DNA of 64,000 bases from an uncultured Acidobacteriota bacterium. Lineage in GTDB: Bacteria; Acidobacteriota; Blastocatellia; RBC074. Positions 30,979 through 41,500 of this stretch are shown one piece after another; positions within the stretch are counted from its first letter, which is position 1, and every line of letters begins with the position of its first letter. The stretch is taken from NCBI GenBank assembly GCA_963796275.1, contig CAWCKY010000004.1:1440001-1504000 (forward strand). Reading direction: 5' to 3'. The notes beneath the pieces are model-generated. The model was not told where the DNA came from and did not search any database. It worked only from the letters and a program-made list of their open reading frames with translations. The translations under genes and the position numbers were made by a program.

Positions 30979-32403
30979 CTAAAATTTGTACGCCCGCTTG
31001 GCCAGCTTATATGCTGCGTCGTGAATCATCTCATCCGCGTCATCCATATCGACGATCCCTCTTATAACCAGGCCGGCGATCCAGTTGGCATCCACTCGCC
31101 TCGCGAGATCGTGGCGCGCGGGGATCGACGGAAAGGCGCGCGTGTCGTCGTTGAATCCGACGGTGTTATACAAGCCTGCGGTCTCTATCACCTCATCGCG
31201 AAAGCGGCGCATCCCGTTCAAACTATCGTGGAACCACCACGGCGGACCGAGTTTCACTGCCGGATAGTGGCCCGCGAGCGGCGCTAGCTCGCGCGCATAA
31301 GTCGTCTCATCGATCGTGAATAAGATCAAAGTGAGACGTGGGTCATTACCGTATCGGTTGAGAAGCGGCAGCAGGTTGCGCGTGTATTCGACCGGTATAG
31401 GTATGTCGCATCCCTTGTCGGTACCGAACCGGTCGGAGATCAACCGATTATGATTGCGGTACGAGCCGGGATGGAATTGCATCACCAGACCATCTTCGAT
31501 GCTCATCCGCGCATTCTCCATCAGCAGATTGCCGGTGAATCGCGCGGCGTCATCGGCTGCCCCTTCGCCCTTCAGCGCCCGTTGGAAGATCGCTTCCGCC
31601 TCGTCATCCGATAGCTCGCAAGTGTAAGGCGTGAGCGCCGCGTGATCGGTCGCCGTCGCGCCCATCGATTTGAAATAGGCCCTGCGGCTCTCCAGTGCTT
31701 CGATCAACATTCTGTAACTCCCGATCTCAGAGCCGCAAACTTCACCCAAAGCTTCAATATTACTCCGCCAATCGGGCCGATCGATGTTCACGACGCCGTC
31801 GGGTCGGAACGTCGGCACGACTCTTCCCTTCCACCCCGATTCTTTGATCGCTTTATGGTGAACGAGCGGATCGCTTGCAGCATCGGTGGTCGACAACACT
31901 TCGATATTGAATTTCTCGAACAGCCTGCGCGGACTGTATTCCGGCTTGCCCAAACACTCGACGATCTGATCGTAAATCCGCTGCGCGCTCTTCCCGCTGA
32001 GTTTCTCGCGCAGGCCGAAAACATCCTGAAACTCGTGCGCCAGCCACATGCCAGTCGGAGTGCCGCGAAACAGGTGGAAATGATCGGCGAAAGTCTGCCA
32101 GATTTTACGATGATCCGATTCGACGGGCTCTCCATCGACCCGCGGAATCCCCAATCGCTCAAGATCTATCCCCTGTGAATATAGCATCCGGAAAATGTAA
32201 TGGTCGGGAATGAGAAGTAGATCGGTGGGCGTGCCGAATTGATAATCCGGATCAGCAAACATTCGAGGGTCGACGTGACCGTGCGGGCAAATCAGAGGTT
32301 TATCGGCGACCTGCTGGTATAAATGTTGTGCGATCTCTTTCTGTTTCGGGTCGGGATCGAAGTAACGGTCTTCGGGCAACTGGGCTTTACTGGCTTCTTT
32401 CAT
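30979..32403 (-). CDS. uxaC: Glucuronate isomerase
   Basis: PLICPHGHVDP, PDHYIFRMLYSQG, GPPWWFHDS, GFNDDTRAFPSIPARHD. Confidence 0.95.
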   Translation of the reverse strand: MKEASKAQLPEDRYFDPDPKQKEIAQHLYQQVADKPLICPHGHVDPRMFADPDYQFGTPTDLLLIPDHYIFRMLYSQGIDLERLGIPRVDGEPVESDHRKIWQTFADHFHLFRGTPTGMWLAHEFQDVFGLREKLSGKSAQRIYDQIVECLGKPEYSPRRLFEKFNIEVLSTTDAASDPLVHHKAIKESGWKGRVVPTFRPDGVVNIDRPDWRSNIEALGEVCGSEIGSYRMLIEALESRRAYFKSMGATATDHAALTPYTCELSDDEAEAIFQRALKGEGAADDAARFTGNLLMENARMSIEDGLVMQFHPGSYRNHNRLISDRFGTDKGCDIPIPVEYTRNLLPLLNRYGNDPRLTLILFTIDETTYARELAPLAGHYPAVKLGPPWWFHDSLNGMRRFRDEVIETAGLYNTVGFNDDTRAFPSIPARHDLARRVDANWIAGLVIRGIVDMDDADEMIHDAAYKLAKRAYKF

Positions 32404-32479
32404 ATTGCGATTCCTTTGAAGAATAGTTGGGAAACGATTAAACCGGGATGATGTTCCATCGTACTGTTTGCGAAAATCC

Positions 32480-33823
32480 TCACAGCCTGATCAATTCAGC
32501 AATTCTTACCGGCTTGCGTTGCTCGAGGCTTCTTCTCGCAGCGACCCCTGTCAGTAACGACATCGCTCCCGCACGCGAGCCCGCTCTCTGTTTGAGCGGA
32601 TCCGGTATGTCCGGCTTAAAGATCATGTCCTTCAATTTCGGATCAGCGCCGAAATGACCTCCCAGGCCGAGCTTCATTTCGATCAACTCCGATTTGCCGA
32701 AGTTTTTCGTCACGCGGATTTCAGCGATCGCCGGCGGCGTCCACGGCTGCCGCTCGTACGCCCGCACATCAAGTCTTCCGTCTAACCCGTTGAACGCCAG
32801 GTGGTACCCCTCGTACGGCATAAAAGTGTTGAGCGAATAGCTCATCAAAGCTCCGTTGGAATATTTCACATTGGCCGTCATAGTATCCCATATGTTGATA
32901 TCCTCGCGGTAAACACAGGCGTCGCGCAGATAGCCGTCTTCCGACTCGCAATCGGCGTATAGCTTCATCAATGCCTGACTTCTGGTCATATCCCAATAAA
33001 ACCTGCACTCCGATTTATGCTGGCAAGTGCGGCAATTCTTTCCGCGCAGCTTACCGTTACGGCCATAATTTTTCAGCTCCCCGAAAGCCGTAATCTCCAC
33101 CGGATCGGCTTCGAGAGCCCAGTTGATCAGATCGAAATGGTGCGTAGCCTTGTGGACCCAGAGCGAGCCGGAGTCCTCTTTGTATGCGTGCCAGCGCCGG
33201 AAATAGTCGGCGCCGTGCTGCACGTCGAGATACCAGTGAAAATCGACCGACGTCACCGGGCCGATGGTTCCCGACGACAAAATCTCTTTCATCTTTTCGG
33301 CAATACCGGAGTAGCGGTAATTGAACGTCACCGTGATCTTTTTGCCATATCTCTTTTCGGCGTCGATGATCGCCTGACACTTCTTCTCATCGGTGGTCAT
33401 CGGCTTTTCCGTGATCACGTCGCAACCGAGTTCCATCGCGCGGATGATGAATCGATCGTGCGTCGAGTCCTTCGTCGTCACGATAACGGTTTCAGGTTTG
33501 GTCTCTTTGATCATCCGGTCGAAATCGGTGAAGGTCGCGCAATCAACCCCGATCATCTGTTTCCCCACCTCGACGCGCTTCCGGTTGATGTCGCAGAGCC
33601 CGACAAATTCGACGAGATCACCGTATGGTCTCACCACGCCGCTGCCCCACATCGTCGTTCCGCGAATGCCCGTGCCGACGAGCGCGATGCGCTTTTTGGC
33701 GGCAGCTTTGGCCACCACATCTGCGGCTCCGGCAGCAGTGAGAGCAGTCACGCCGGCGCCCGCTTTCGCCGTGCGATCGATAAAATCTCTCCGTGAAATC
33801 TGTTCCTGATCTCTCTCCATCAT
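32480..33823 (-). CDS. Tat-exported Gfo/Idh/MocA oxidoreductase (YteT-like)
   Basis: SRRDFI twin-arginine signal; ALVGTGIRG; EKPMT; HGADYFRRWH; VHKATHHFD. Confidence 0.9.
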   Translation of the reverse strand: MMERDQEQISRRDFIDRTAKAGAGVTALTAAGAADVVAKAAAKKRIALVGTGIRGTTMWGSGVVRPYGDLVEFVGLCDINRKRVEVGKQMIGVDCATFTDFDRMIKETKPETVIVTTKDSTHDRFIIRAMELGCDVITEKPMTTDEKKCQAIIDAEKRYGKKITVTFNYRYSGIAEKMKEILSSGTIGPVTSVDFHWYLDVQHGADYFRRWHAYKEDSGSLWVHKATHHFDLINWALEADPVEITAFGELKNYGRNGKLRGKNCRTCQHKSECRFYWDMTRSQALMKLYADCESEDGYLRDACVYREDINIWDTMTANVKYSNGALMSYSLNTFMPYEGYHLAFNGLDGRLDVRAYERQPWTPPAIAEIRVTKNFGKSELIEMKLGLGGHFGADPKLKDMIFKPDIPDPLKQRAGSRAGAMSLLTGVAARRSLEQRKPVRIAELIRL

Positions 33824-33904
33824 TGCCTCCTTGTGCTAGGTTCAGAGCTTTTTTACCTGGCGGTCACACAAAGCCTGTCGTCTAAGTTGATTTGTGACAG
33901 TATT

Positions 33905-33933
33905 TTTACACCAAGTCGGAGGAAAGTTATAGT
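33905..33933 (+). promoter_or_regulatory. Sigma70-type promoter upstream of hemY
   Basis: TTTACA-17 bp-TATAGT. Confidence 0.55.
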
Positions 33934-34149
33934 ATCGGAGGCCTAAAGGAGAAAACGAATGAACGAAATACACGATACAAAACGAAAGCTGCCACATTTC
34001 ACCCGTTCGTTTATTTTCGATTGTTCGGTCGAGCGGGCCATTGGAAATGTCTGAGAGTAAGTTCAGAGGTACCGCAAAATCTATTGGGATACGCTGTTCA
34101 GAAAAAATGAACAGACATCAAATCCGAGACATAGGTTTACCGACATAGC

Positions 34150-35532
34150 ATGAAGTTTGACTCGATCATCATTGGCGCAGGGATCTCAGGGCTGGTAGCC
34201 GCCCATCGGTTGAAGAAGATGGGGCGCAATATTCTGCTGGTTGAAAGCACCGGCCGCGCCGGAGGCGTAATTCAGAGCGTCGACGCCGACGGTTTCCTCA
34301 TTGAAAAAGGGCCGAACAGCCTGCGCGGCACACACGAATTTCTGGACCTGATAGATGAACTCGATCTAACGAGTGAGCTGGTGACGGCGAATCCTCGCGC
34401 TTCGGCCTACGTTTATGCAGATGACGAGCTTCAGCCTGTACCGATGAGTCCACCGGCGCTTATCAAAACGAGACTAATTTCAAATTCGGCCAAGTTGCGT
34501 CTGCTGCGTGAGCCGTTCATCAAAACGCGAAGCGAGGATGGCGAGGAGAGCATCGGTTCGTTCGTGCGCCGGAGGCTCGGCGATGAGGTCCTCGAAAGAC
34601 TGGTTGCGCCTTTCCTGTCCGGAGTTTATGCAGGAGACCCTGAGCAGTTGAGTATACAGGCCTGTTTCCCAAAACTGGCCGGGTTTGAATCCGGAAGCGG
34701 GAGCATTATAAGAGGCGCCATGCGATCGGCGAGAGCGTCCCGCAAGGAGCAGCCGAAACGTTCATTGCGGCCATATCGTCTCTGCTCTTTTCGTCGCGGT
34801 TTGCAAGTTCTGCCTCAATCATTGGCAAAAGCAGCCGGTGAAAGTCTACTGACTGAGGCGCGCGTTCTGAGTATCAAAAAAAATGCTGAAACATCGTCTG
34901 CGCAGTCATCCCGATTCATCGTCACGCTGGAACACGGGAACGAGCAAAGAACCCTCGAGGCGACCACGCTGATCATCGCCACTCCATCATTGGCGGCCGC
35001 CCGTTTGCTCAACGGATGCGCGCCGGAGGTCTCAGGGCTCATCGCGGAGATCACATATGCTTCACTCGTATCCGTGCCGCTCGCCTATCCGGCGAACCAG
35101 GTGGCTCGCAAGCTCGATGGTTTCGGATTCCTTGCGCCACGCCGCGAGGGTTTGCGCACGCTGGGCTCAATCTGGAACTCATCACTATTCGCCGAACGAG
35201 CGCCTGACGGATGGATTTGCACGACAAACTTCATCGGTGGGGCAACCGATCCGCGCGCCGTGGAGCTCAGCGATGAAGAGTTGATCCGTATAGTTCACAG
35301 TGAGCTGAGAAAAATCCTGGGCATCGAGTGTGAGCCTCTGAGATTGCCGATCACGCGTTACGAACGAGCCATTCCTCAATACAATATCGGTCACCGGGAG
35401 CGTATCGCAAAAGTCGAGGAGGCATTGCATAATTATCAGGGATTATGGCTTGCGGGAAATTACCTGCACGGCGTTTCGCTCGGCGATTGTATCAAGCGAG
35501 GAGAGGTAATCGCCGCTGAAATTAATCGATAG
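34150..35532 (+). CDS. hemY: HemY-type proto-/coproporphyrinogen oxidase
   Basis: IIGAGISGL FAD motif, EKGPNS, SGVYAGDPEQLS, GFGFL, AIPQY, LAGNYLHGVSLGDC. Confidence 0.93.
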   Translation: MKFDSIIIGAGISGLVAAHRLKKMGRNILLVESTGRAGGVIQSVDADGFLIEKGPNSLRGTHEFLDLIDELDLTSELVTANPRASAYVYADDELQPVPMSPPALIKTRLISNSAKLRLLREPFIKTRSEDGEESIGSFVRRRLGDEVLERLVAPFLSGVYAGDPEQLSIQACFPKLAGFESGSGSIIRGAMRSARASRKEQPKRSLRPYRLCSFRRGLQVLPQSLAKAAGESLLTEARVLSIKKNAETSSAQSSRFIVTLEHGNEQRTLEATTLIIATPSLAAARLLNGCAPEVSGLIAEITYASLVSVPLAYPANQVARKLDGFGFLAPRREGLRTLGSIWNSSLFAERAPDGWICTTNFIGGATDPRAVELSDEELIRIVHSELRKILGIECEPLRLPITRYERAIPQYNIGHRERIAKVEEALHNYQGLWLAGNYLHGVSLGDCIKRGEVIAAEINR

Positions 35533-35554
35533 AGATAAACGGTGCATTCGGTAA

Positions 35555-36142
35555 ATGAAAAAACAAGGTGTACGAAAATTGGCACAGATAGCGAAAATTT
35601 CCTATTTTCTGTCGCTTCTGCTACTTTTTGCTTTTTTCAGCTCCCCATTCGCCATGAGAAAAAGTGCCAATCAACACCGCGTACTCGTGAAAAAAGGCGA
35701 GCGCAAGCTTAATGTTTATCGGGTCGATAAGGGTAAAGAGGTGCTTCTGAGGACGTATAAAATAGCGCTCGGCAGCACACCGTCAGGAACGAAGCGCCAA
35801 CAGGGCGACGGCGCAACGCCTGAAGGCGATTACTACATCACACACAAAAATTCACGGAGTAAATTTTATCTCTCACTGGGATTGAGTTATCCGAATGCCA
35901 TTGACGCGAACGCCGGGATAAAGAAAGGGTTGATCAGCAGAACCGAATATGAGGCGATCGTTAACGCTATTAATAAAAAAGAGAAACCGCCGCAGAATAC
36001 GAAGCTCGGGGGCGACATATTCATTCACGGAGGCGGTACCGGAAGTGATTGGACTCTGGGATGCGTCGCGCTCGAAAATGAGGGGATAAAAGAACTGTTC
36101 GATATGCTTCCAGTAAAAACGCCGGTGAAGATTTTACCTTAA
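35555..36142 (+). CDS. L,D-transpeptidase (YkuD) family protein
   Basis: Signal/TM segment; K..QGDGATPEGDY; LSYPN; IFIHGG....DWTLGCVAL (His/Cys catalytic pair). Confidence 0.92.
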   Translation: MKKQGVRKLAQIAKISYFLSLLLLFAFFSSPFAMRKSANQHRVLVKKGERKLNVYRVDKGKEVLLRTYKIALGSTPSGTKRQQGDGATPEGDYYITHKNSRSKFYLSLGLSYPNAIDANAGIKKGLISRTEYEAIVNAINKKEKPPQNTKLGGDIFIHGGGTGSDWTLGCVALENEGIKELFDMLPVKTPVKILP

Positions 36143-36148
36143 ATAATC

Positions 36149-37386
36149 ATGCCACATTCTCTCTATCTTGACTGTTTCTCGGGCGCCAGTGGCGATATGC
36201 TGATCGGCGCGCTGATCGATGGCGGTCTCGACTTCGATCTCCTGCGGGACGAGCTGAAAAAACTCGGCGTCCCAGGATACGATCTGAGCCTGACCCGCGT
36301 TGACCGGAGCGGAATCTCCGCATCGAAATTCGACGTGAATCTGCATTCACACGATCATGACCACGAACATGATCATCATCATCATCATCACGATCACATC
36401 ACGAGCACGAGCAAAGGTCGCTCTCGGCGATCAAGAAAATAATCGCATCATCGACGCTTTCCGATGGAATCAAAGAGCGAGCTCAAACGATCTTTCAGCG
36501 GATCGGTGAGGCCGAGTCGAAGATACACAACATCCCGATTGAAACTGTTCATTTCCATGAAGTCGGCGCGATCGATTCGATCGTCGATATCGTCGGCGCA
36601 TGCATCGGCCTCGATGCGCTGAAGATCAACCGGATCATCTCTTCGCCGCTACACGTAGGCTCCGGAACATTCAAATGTGCCCATGGCATCTATCCTGTGC
36701 CCGGTCCTGCAACGGCGGAGCTCCTGCAAGGGGTGCCGATCTATTCCAGAGATATCGAGGGTGAATTGGTTACGCCGACCGGCGCAGCGATCATTTCAAC
36801 GCTCGCTTCGAGTTATGGACCGATGCCGATGATGAAGATTGATCGGATAGGGTACGGCGCAGGCACGCGCACTTACCCGAATTTTCCCAATGTTCTGCGC
36901 GCAATTATAGGTGAGTTTGAATCGGACGCAGATCAGACCCCTGAAAAGATCACCGTCATAGAGGCCAACATCGACGACCTCAATGCCCAGGTATTCGGAC
37001 ATTTAATGGATAAAGCATTAGCCGAGGGTGCATTGGATATCTTCTACACGCCGGTGCAGATGAAGAAGAACCGGCCGGGCGTGTTGCTGACATTGCTCTG
37101 CAGACCGGAAGACCGCCTGAAGATGTGCGAGATCATTTTTCGTGAGACAACCACGCTCGGCTTGCGGTTTCGCGATGAACGACGCGAAATTTTGCGGCGC
37201 GAACACTTGATTGTTGAGACGATCTATGGCCCGGTCAAAATTAAAGTAGCGCGCGGACTAGACGGGCGCGTCGTTAATTACGCGCCGGAGTTTGAAGATT
37301 GCCACGCCGCGGCTGAGTTACATGGCGTCGCCCTACGAGACGTTCAGATGGCTGCGCTTAGCATCTATGCACAGAAGAATGCCTAG
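36149..37386 (+). CDS. larC: Nickel-pincer cofactor biosynthesis protein LarC, frameshift in the His-rich tract (~36396)
   Basis: LDCFSGASGDMLIGAL; poly-His; the shifted frame continues VHFHEVGAIDSIVDIVG, CAHGIYPVPGPAT, ELVTPTGAA, EANIDD, QMKKNRPG, ETTTLG, APEFEDC. Confidence 0.9.
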
Positions 37387-37791
37387 TACTCTGGTAACTA
37401 AGACTTAGTTTTTTGTCTCTTCAGTCCGGTTCACCGGGCTTCCCGCAAGGCAAGTAGGCCAACCGTTTGACGGCTGGTGATCTCAGGAAACAGAATCTAC
37501 AGGGCGATTTTAGCGTCCTTCCCAGGTTTGGCTTCAGCCGCCGGTTATCGGAAAGATGGCTAAAGCCGGTGTGAATAAGCCGTTGGAAACGGGCGGTTCG
37601 GTTTGATATCACTAGCCCGCGAAGTGGGCGATAGACCTCGAATTTGCGTGGTTGATCCCTGTCGCCCATTTTTTTCATGGGCTTGAATCAATTTACAATG
37701 ACTCACCCAGGGTTCCGGCTTCGCCTCCACCCTGGGCTCCAGCTTTGCGGGGGGTACAGTAAAATCAAAAACTTTGTTTCCAGAGTACTAG
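37383..37791. mobile_element. 409-bp non-autonomous (MITE-like) element with 20-bp terminal inverted repeats including CTAG ends, filled with REP-like hairpins
   Basis: Left end CTAGTACTCTGGTAACTAAG; right end reverse complement CTAGTACTCTGGAAACAAAG (18/20). No transposase. The left CTAG contains the larC stop. Confidence 0.72.
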
Positions 37792-37857
37792 AGCACAAAA
37801 TTTTACAGCTCAGGATTTGTCATCAAACATTCGTGCTCTTTGTCGCTCTTCATTGAC

Positions 37858-38567
37858 GTTCATTCAATCACCACCCGATCAGTCCCGCCCCGCCCAAAAG
37901 TCTCCGGATGATACATCTCTTCGGCCTTCGATGGCGGCACCACGAATACTCCCGGCGTCGTCGCCCGTGCCACATATGAATAATTATGCACTCCCTCCCA
38001 TAGTATCGACGCAAACGCCTCCACCCGCTCGTCCCTCATATTCTGATGCTCGAACCATGGCCGTCTCCACCACCACCAATTCCCCGTACTCTGCTCCTTC
38101 GGGTCCTGCGCTATCGGCCCCGTCGTCGCCAGCGCCGGGTTCTGCGCTTCCAGCCCCGCCGGCAGCGGATCTACCAGCGCCACGTGATATCTCCTCGCCT
38201 GCGCCACCATCGTCAGCCTCACTCGCACCTGCGCCCCTGCCTTGATCCGCCACGTCCCGTCCTCCTCCCGCCTCACATCGTTCGCGTTATCTATCGCTTC
38301 GTATACTCGCGTCACCGTGAATCCGTAGTCCGCCGGCTTCAACTGCAGGCTCTCCGGCGCATACTTCATCCCGATCCGGTAATACATTCGCCCATCCCCC
38401 TCCTTGCTCAATGCCAGGTTCTGCGGCCCTCCCTCTCTCATCAGATAACTCATCGGCACTTCGATCTGATGCCGCTCGGTAGTACGCCCACGGAACTCGT
38501 GCCCCCCAGCATAGGCCTCTCCCAGCCATGCGCGCGCCACGAAATCCGGCGTGGCTTTTTCATAGAC
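37858..38567. repeat. 710-bp direct repeat, copy 1 (3' end of A2M-B)
   Basis: Matches 44269-44978 at offset 6411. The track ORFs in several frames are identical, and the first mismatch I found is 38568/44979. Confidence 0.9.
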
Positions 38568-41500
38568 CGCGAAGTATCGATCGAGGGCCAGCAGGACGAA
38601 TGCGTTCTCCTGCGTGTTGCTCCAGCGCCCCTGTTTGCGATGTGCCAGCAGACCGCGGACGATCTTGGGGATGAGGTCGTTCTTCGGATCATCGCCGATC
38701 AGGGCTTCCAGGATGATGGCGTCGGCGCGGCGGTCTGAATGGAGGATCAGATGCGCGCCGTCCTTGTATGCGGTCGTGAAGTGAGCCGCGGCCGCCGTCT
38801 CTTCAGCCCGGTTGCCGAGATGGCGGCGGATGGCTGCAATTTCTGCTTGCGAAGCGGGCATCGCCGGACAGAACGGGTAACAGGAAGCCGAGGGCTTCGA
38901 GGGGCATATTCTCGATCCCGCCTGCCTTCGCTATCTGCGCGCGCGCTTCCTTCGCGTCACGGTCATCCATCAGCCGTCTGACATAGAGCGCATAGGCGAT
39001 CAGCAATCGCTTCACCTCAGCTCCGTACCAGTCCGGGATATTATCCTCAATATCGTCCAGATAATCCTGCGAGCTTTCAAGCATCGACTTGGGGACATCG
39101 AAGCCCTTCGCACTGGCGCGCTGCAGCGCGTGAGCAACGTGTATGCTCAGGTAAGGCCAGGATTCTTCTCCACGCCGCCAGAAGCTGAAGCCGCCATTTT
39201 CGTTCTGCAATCTGCGCAATCTCTCTATGTCACTATTGCCCGAGGCGATCAATTCATCGGCTTTCGGCAGCCCCTTGGCGTCGAATGCCGCGAGCACGTC
39301 GCGTAGCGCCGCAATCGCCAGAACACGCGATGCGAGCTGCTCTGCGCATTCGAATGGATAGTTGGTCAGGTAGATCACGGCATCGGTCAATGCTTGCAGT
39401 TGCGTCGACGAGGCCGTGACCTCGAGCCCGCCGAATTGTTTAATCGCATCTGACGGAGCTTTGACCGGCTGAATGAGAGCTCCCGCATCGACCTCGCCAT
39501 AAGTCGCAAATGCTTCGGTCGTCGTCGGAGTCCAGACCGGCAAGCTGATCTCCGCAGCATCCGACCATCTGCCGGATGCGCCGACGATCTGGAAGCGCGC
39601 CTTGCCGGGTTGCGCGGCCGCCGCAGGGAATCGCACTTCGACTCGATCATTGGCGGGCACTGTAACGCGCCGGCCCTTCACGCCCGTCAATCGCGCGTTG
39701 ACAGCGCGCACTGCCAGATCGACCTGCATGGGTTTATCAGACTGATTTTGAACGACCACAGGCAATTCAAATTTATCGCCGAAATTGAGGAAGCGCGGCG
39801 GTGATGGCCGCACCATCAGCGGCAAACGCGCGGTGATTGCAGATTCAGTCGAGCCGAATTGCTTTTCGCCCGCGACAGCCACAACCATCACACGATAGCG
39901 CGTCAGATTGTCAGGTAATTTGACTTTGATCTTTGCGCGGCCGTTTATATCAGTTGAGACTGATGGGGCAAAAATGGCGAGCGAGTTGAAGTCGATCCTG
40001 GAACGAACCTTGCCCACTTCGCCTGTACCAGTGATCGCCACGGCTTCCGTTATTCCACCTGGAGAGACCGCATATAATGATTCTCTAGAAAAGGCTCTCA
40101 GTTGTAACGGCAATTCATTCACCTGCTTCTGCTGCATATCTCTGATCTGGGAGATCAATTCATTCGGGTCGGCAAGCAAAACATCACTCCGAGAGTCGCG
40201 ATTGCCAACATCATTTCCACGTTCTTGATAAAAACTGGCGACCGGATCGACAAGATCGTATTTCGTCAAAGCCAGCACGGCCTCATCGACCACGATCAAT
40301 GCCAACTCGCTGCCCTTCACCGGCTTGCCGGTTGCATCGCGAACCTCGACATCGACAAATGTTGTGCCACCAGGTTCCAGGAGATTATCGCGGGGAATCG
40401 CTCTCACGGTCAGCTTGCGTTTTAGCGGCGGGATAGAAAGCTTGATGGAGCCTGATGCGGAGGCCGGCCGTCTGGGCAATTGTTCCAGCGCTCTCCCCTC
40501 GCTATCTGTCCGAATGGCAGAGCCTACCAGATCGACCTGAACATATATGTTCGGGACATAATCGTCTTTGATCGGGATCCGTAGAGTGTGCGTTGTCGAA
40601 TCCATGGTGAAACGTTCAGACATCAGTAAGCCTGACCTGCGCAAGGTGACAATACCTTCGGCCGGACCGAAGGGAGATTGAACGAGTATCTCCGCTGTCT
40701 CGCCTCCCTGGTATTCTTTGCGATTGGGAATGAGTTCCAACTCTTCCCTTGCGAGATTGCGGCCCGGCGGCAGCGTTCCTTCCCCGGCAACCCACAGCGT
40801 CAATTCGCTTTCGTTGCGGCGCTCCTTGTCATCGATGATCGCGGCATTGAGCGATACTGGCCGCCCGCCCTTGTTTCGAACCGGCACTTGACTGGATCTG
40901 CGGCCGACCTGACAACGCATTCCTGCGGATCGGTTTCGCGTTCATTCCATTTCCCTCTTTCAAATACCCAGTTAATCCGCAGGGCGCGCATCCTGATCTC
41001 ACGGCCGGCGATCGCCTTTCCGTCGAGATCGGTGACGATCGATTCGACGATAAACGGATCGCCTTTCTGCACGAAAGTGCGAGGGCTCCGCAGTCCGACA
41101 TAGAGCTCCGCCGTATGCACAATAAAATCTTGCGATGAGCTTATTACCTGTCGATTGACATCCTGCAGGTTTGCTGAAGCAGTGATGACTGCCGGACGCG
41201 GAGGATTTATCGCATCAAAATCGATCCGCAAACGATGTTTGCCGGATTCATCGGTCCGTCCCTTAAACGCTTTCCTATTGTCGCGTTCATGAGCCGATGC
41301 GTTCCAATACCACCACGGAATCCATTTCCCAAATATAAAATCGCTCCGGTTCGGCGGTGTGAAGTATGACGGCCTCGAAACTACAGACCAATCCACTTCG
41401 GCGCCGGGCAGCGCGCCCCCGGTATAATAATTCGCCGCTGCCGTCAACTCCGCGCCTGAGCCCGCGAAATGAGGGCCTTCGCTCGCCGTCACCTTTACTT

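Noticed and set aside
36380-36442. Programmed ribosomal frameshift in larC, as in Lactobacillus plantarum larC1/C2
   Set aside because: I see no slippery heptamer, the break is early in the His tract rather than between the two domains, and indels are common throughout this window.
37421-37678. 85-aa ORF inside the 409-bp element as a transposase remnant
   Set aside because: It has no DDE or HUH motifs; the sequence is made of palindromic repeats.
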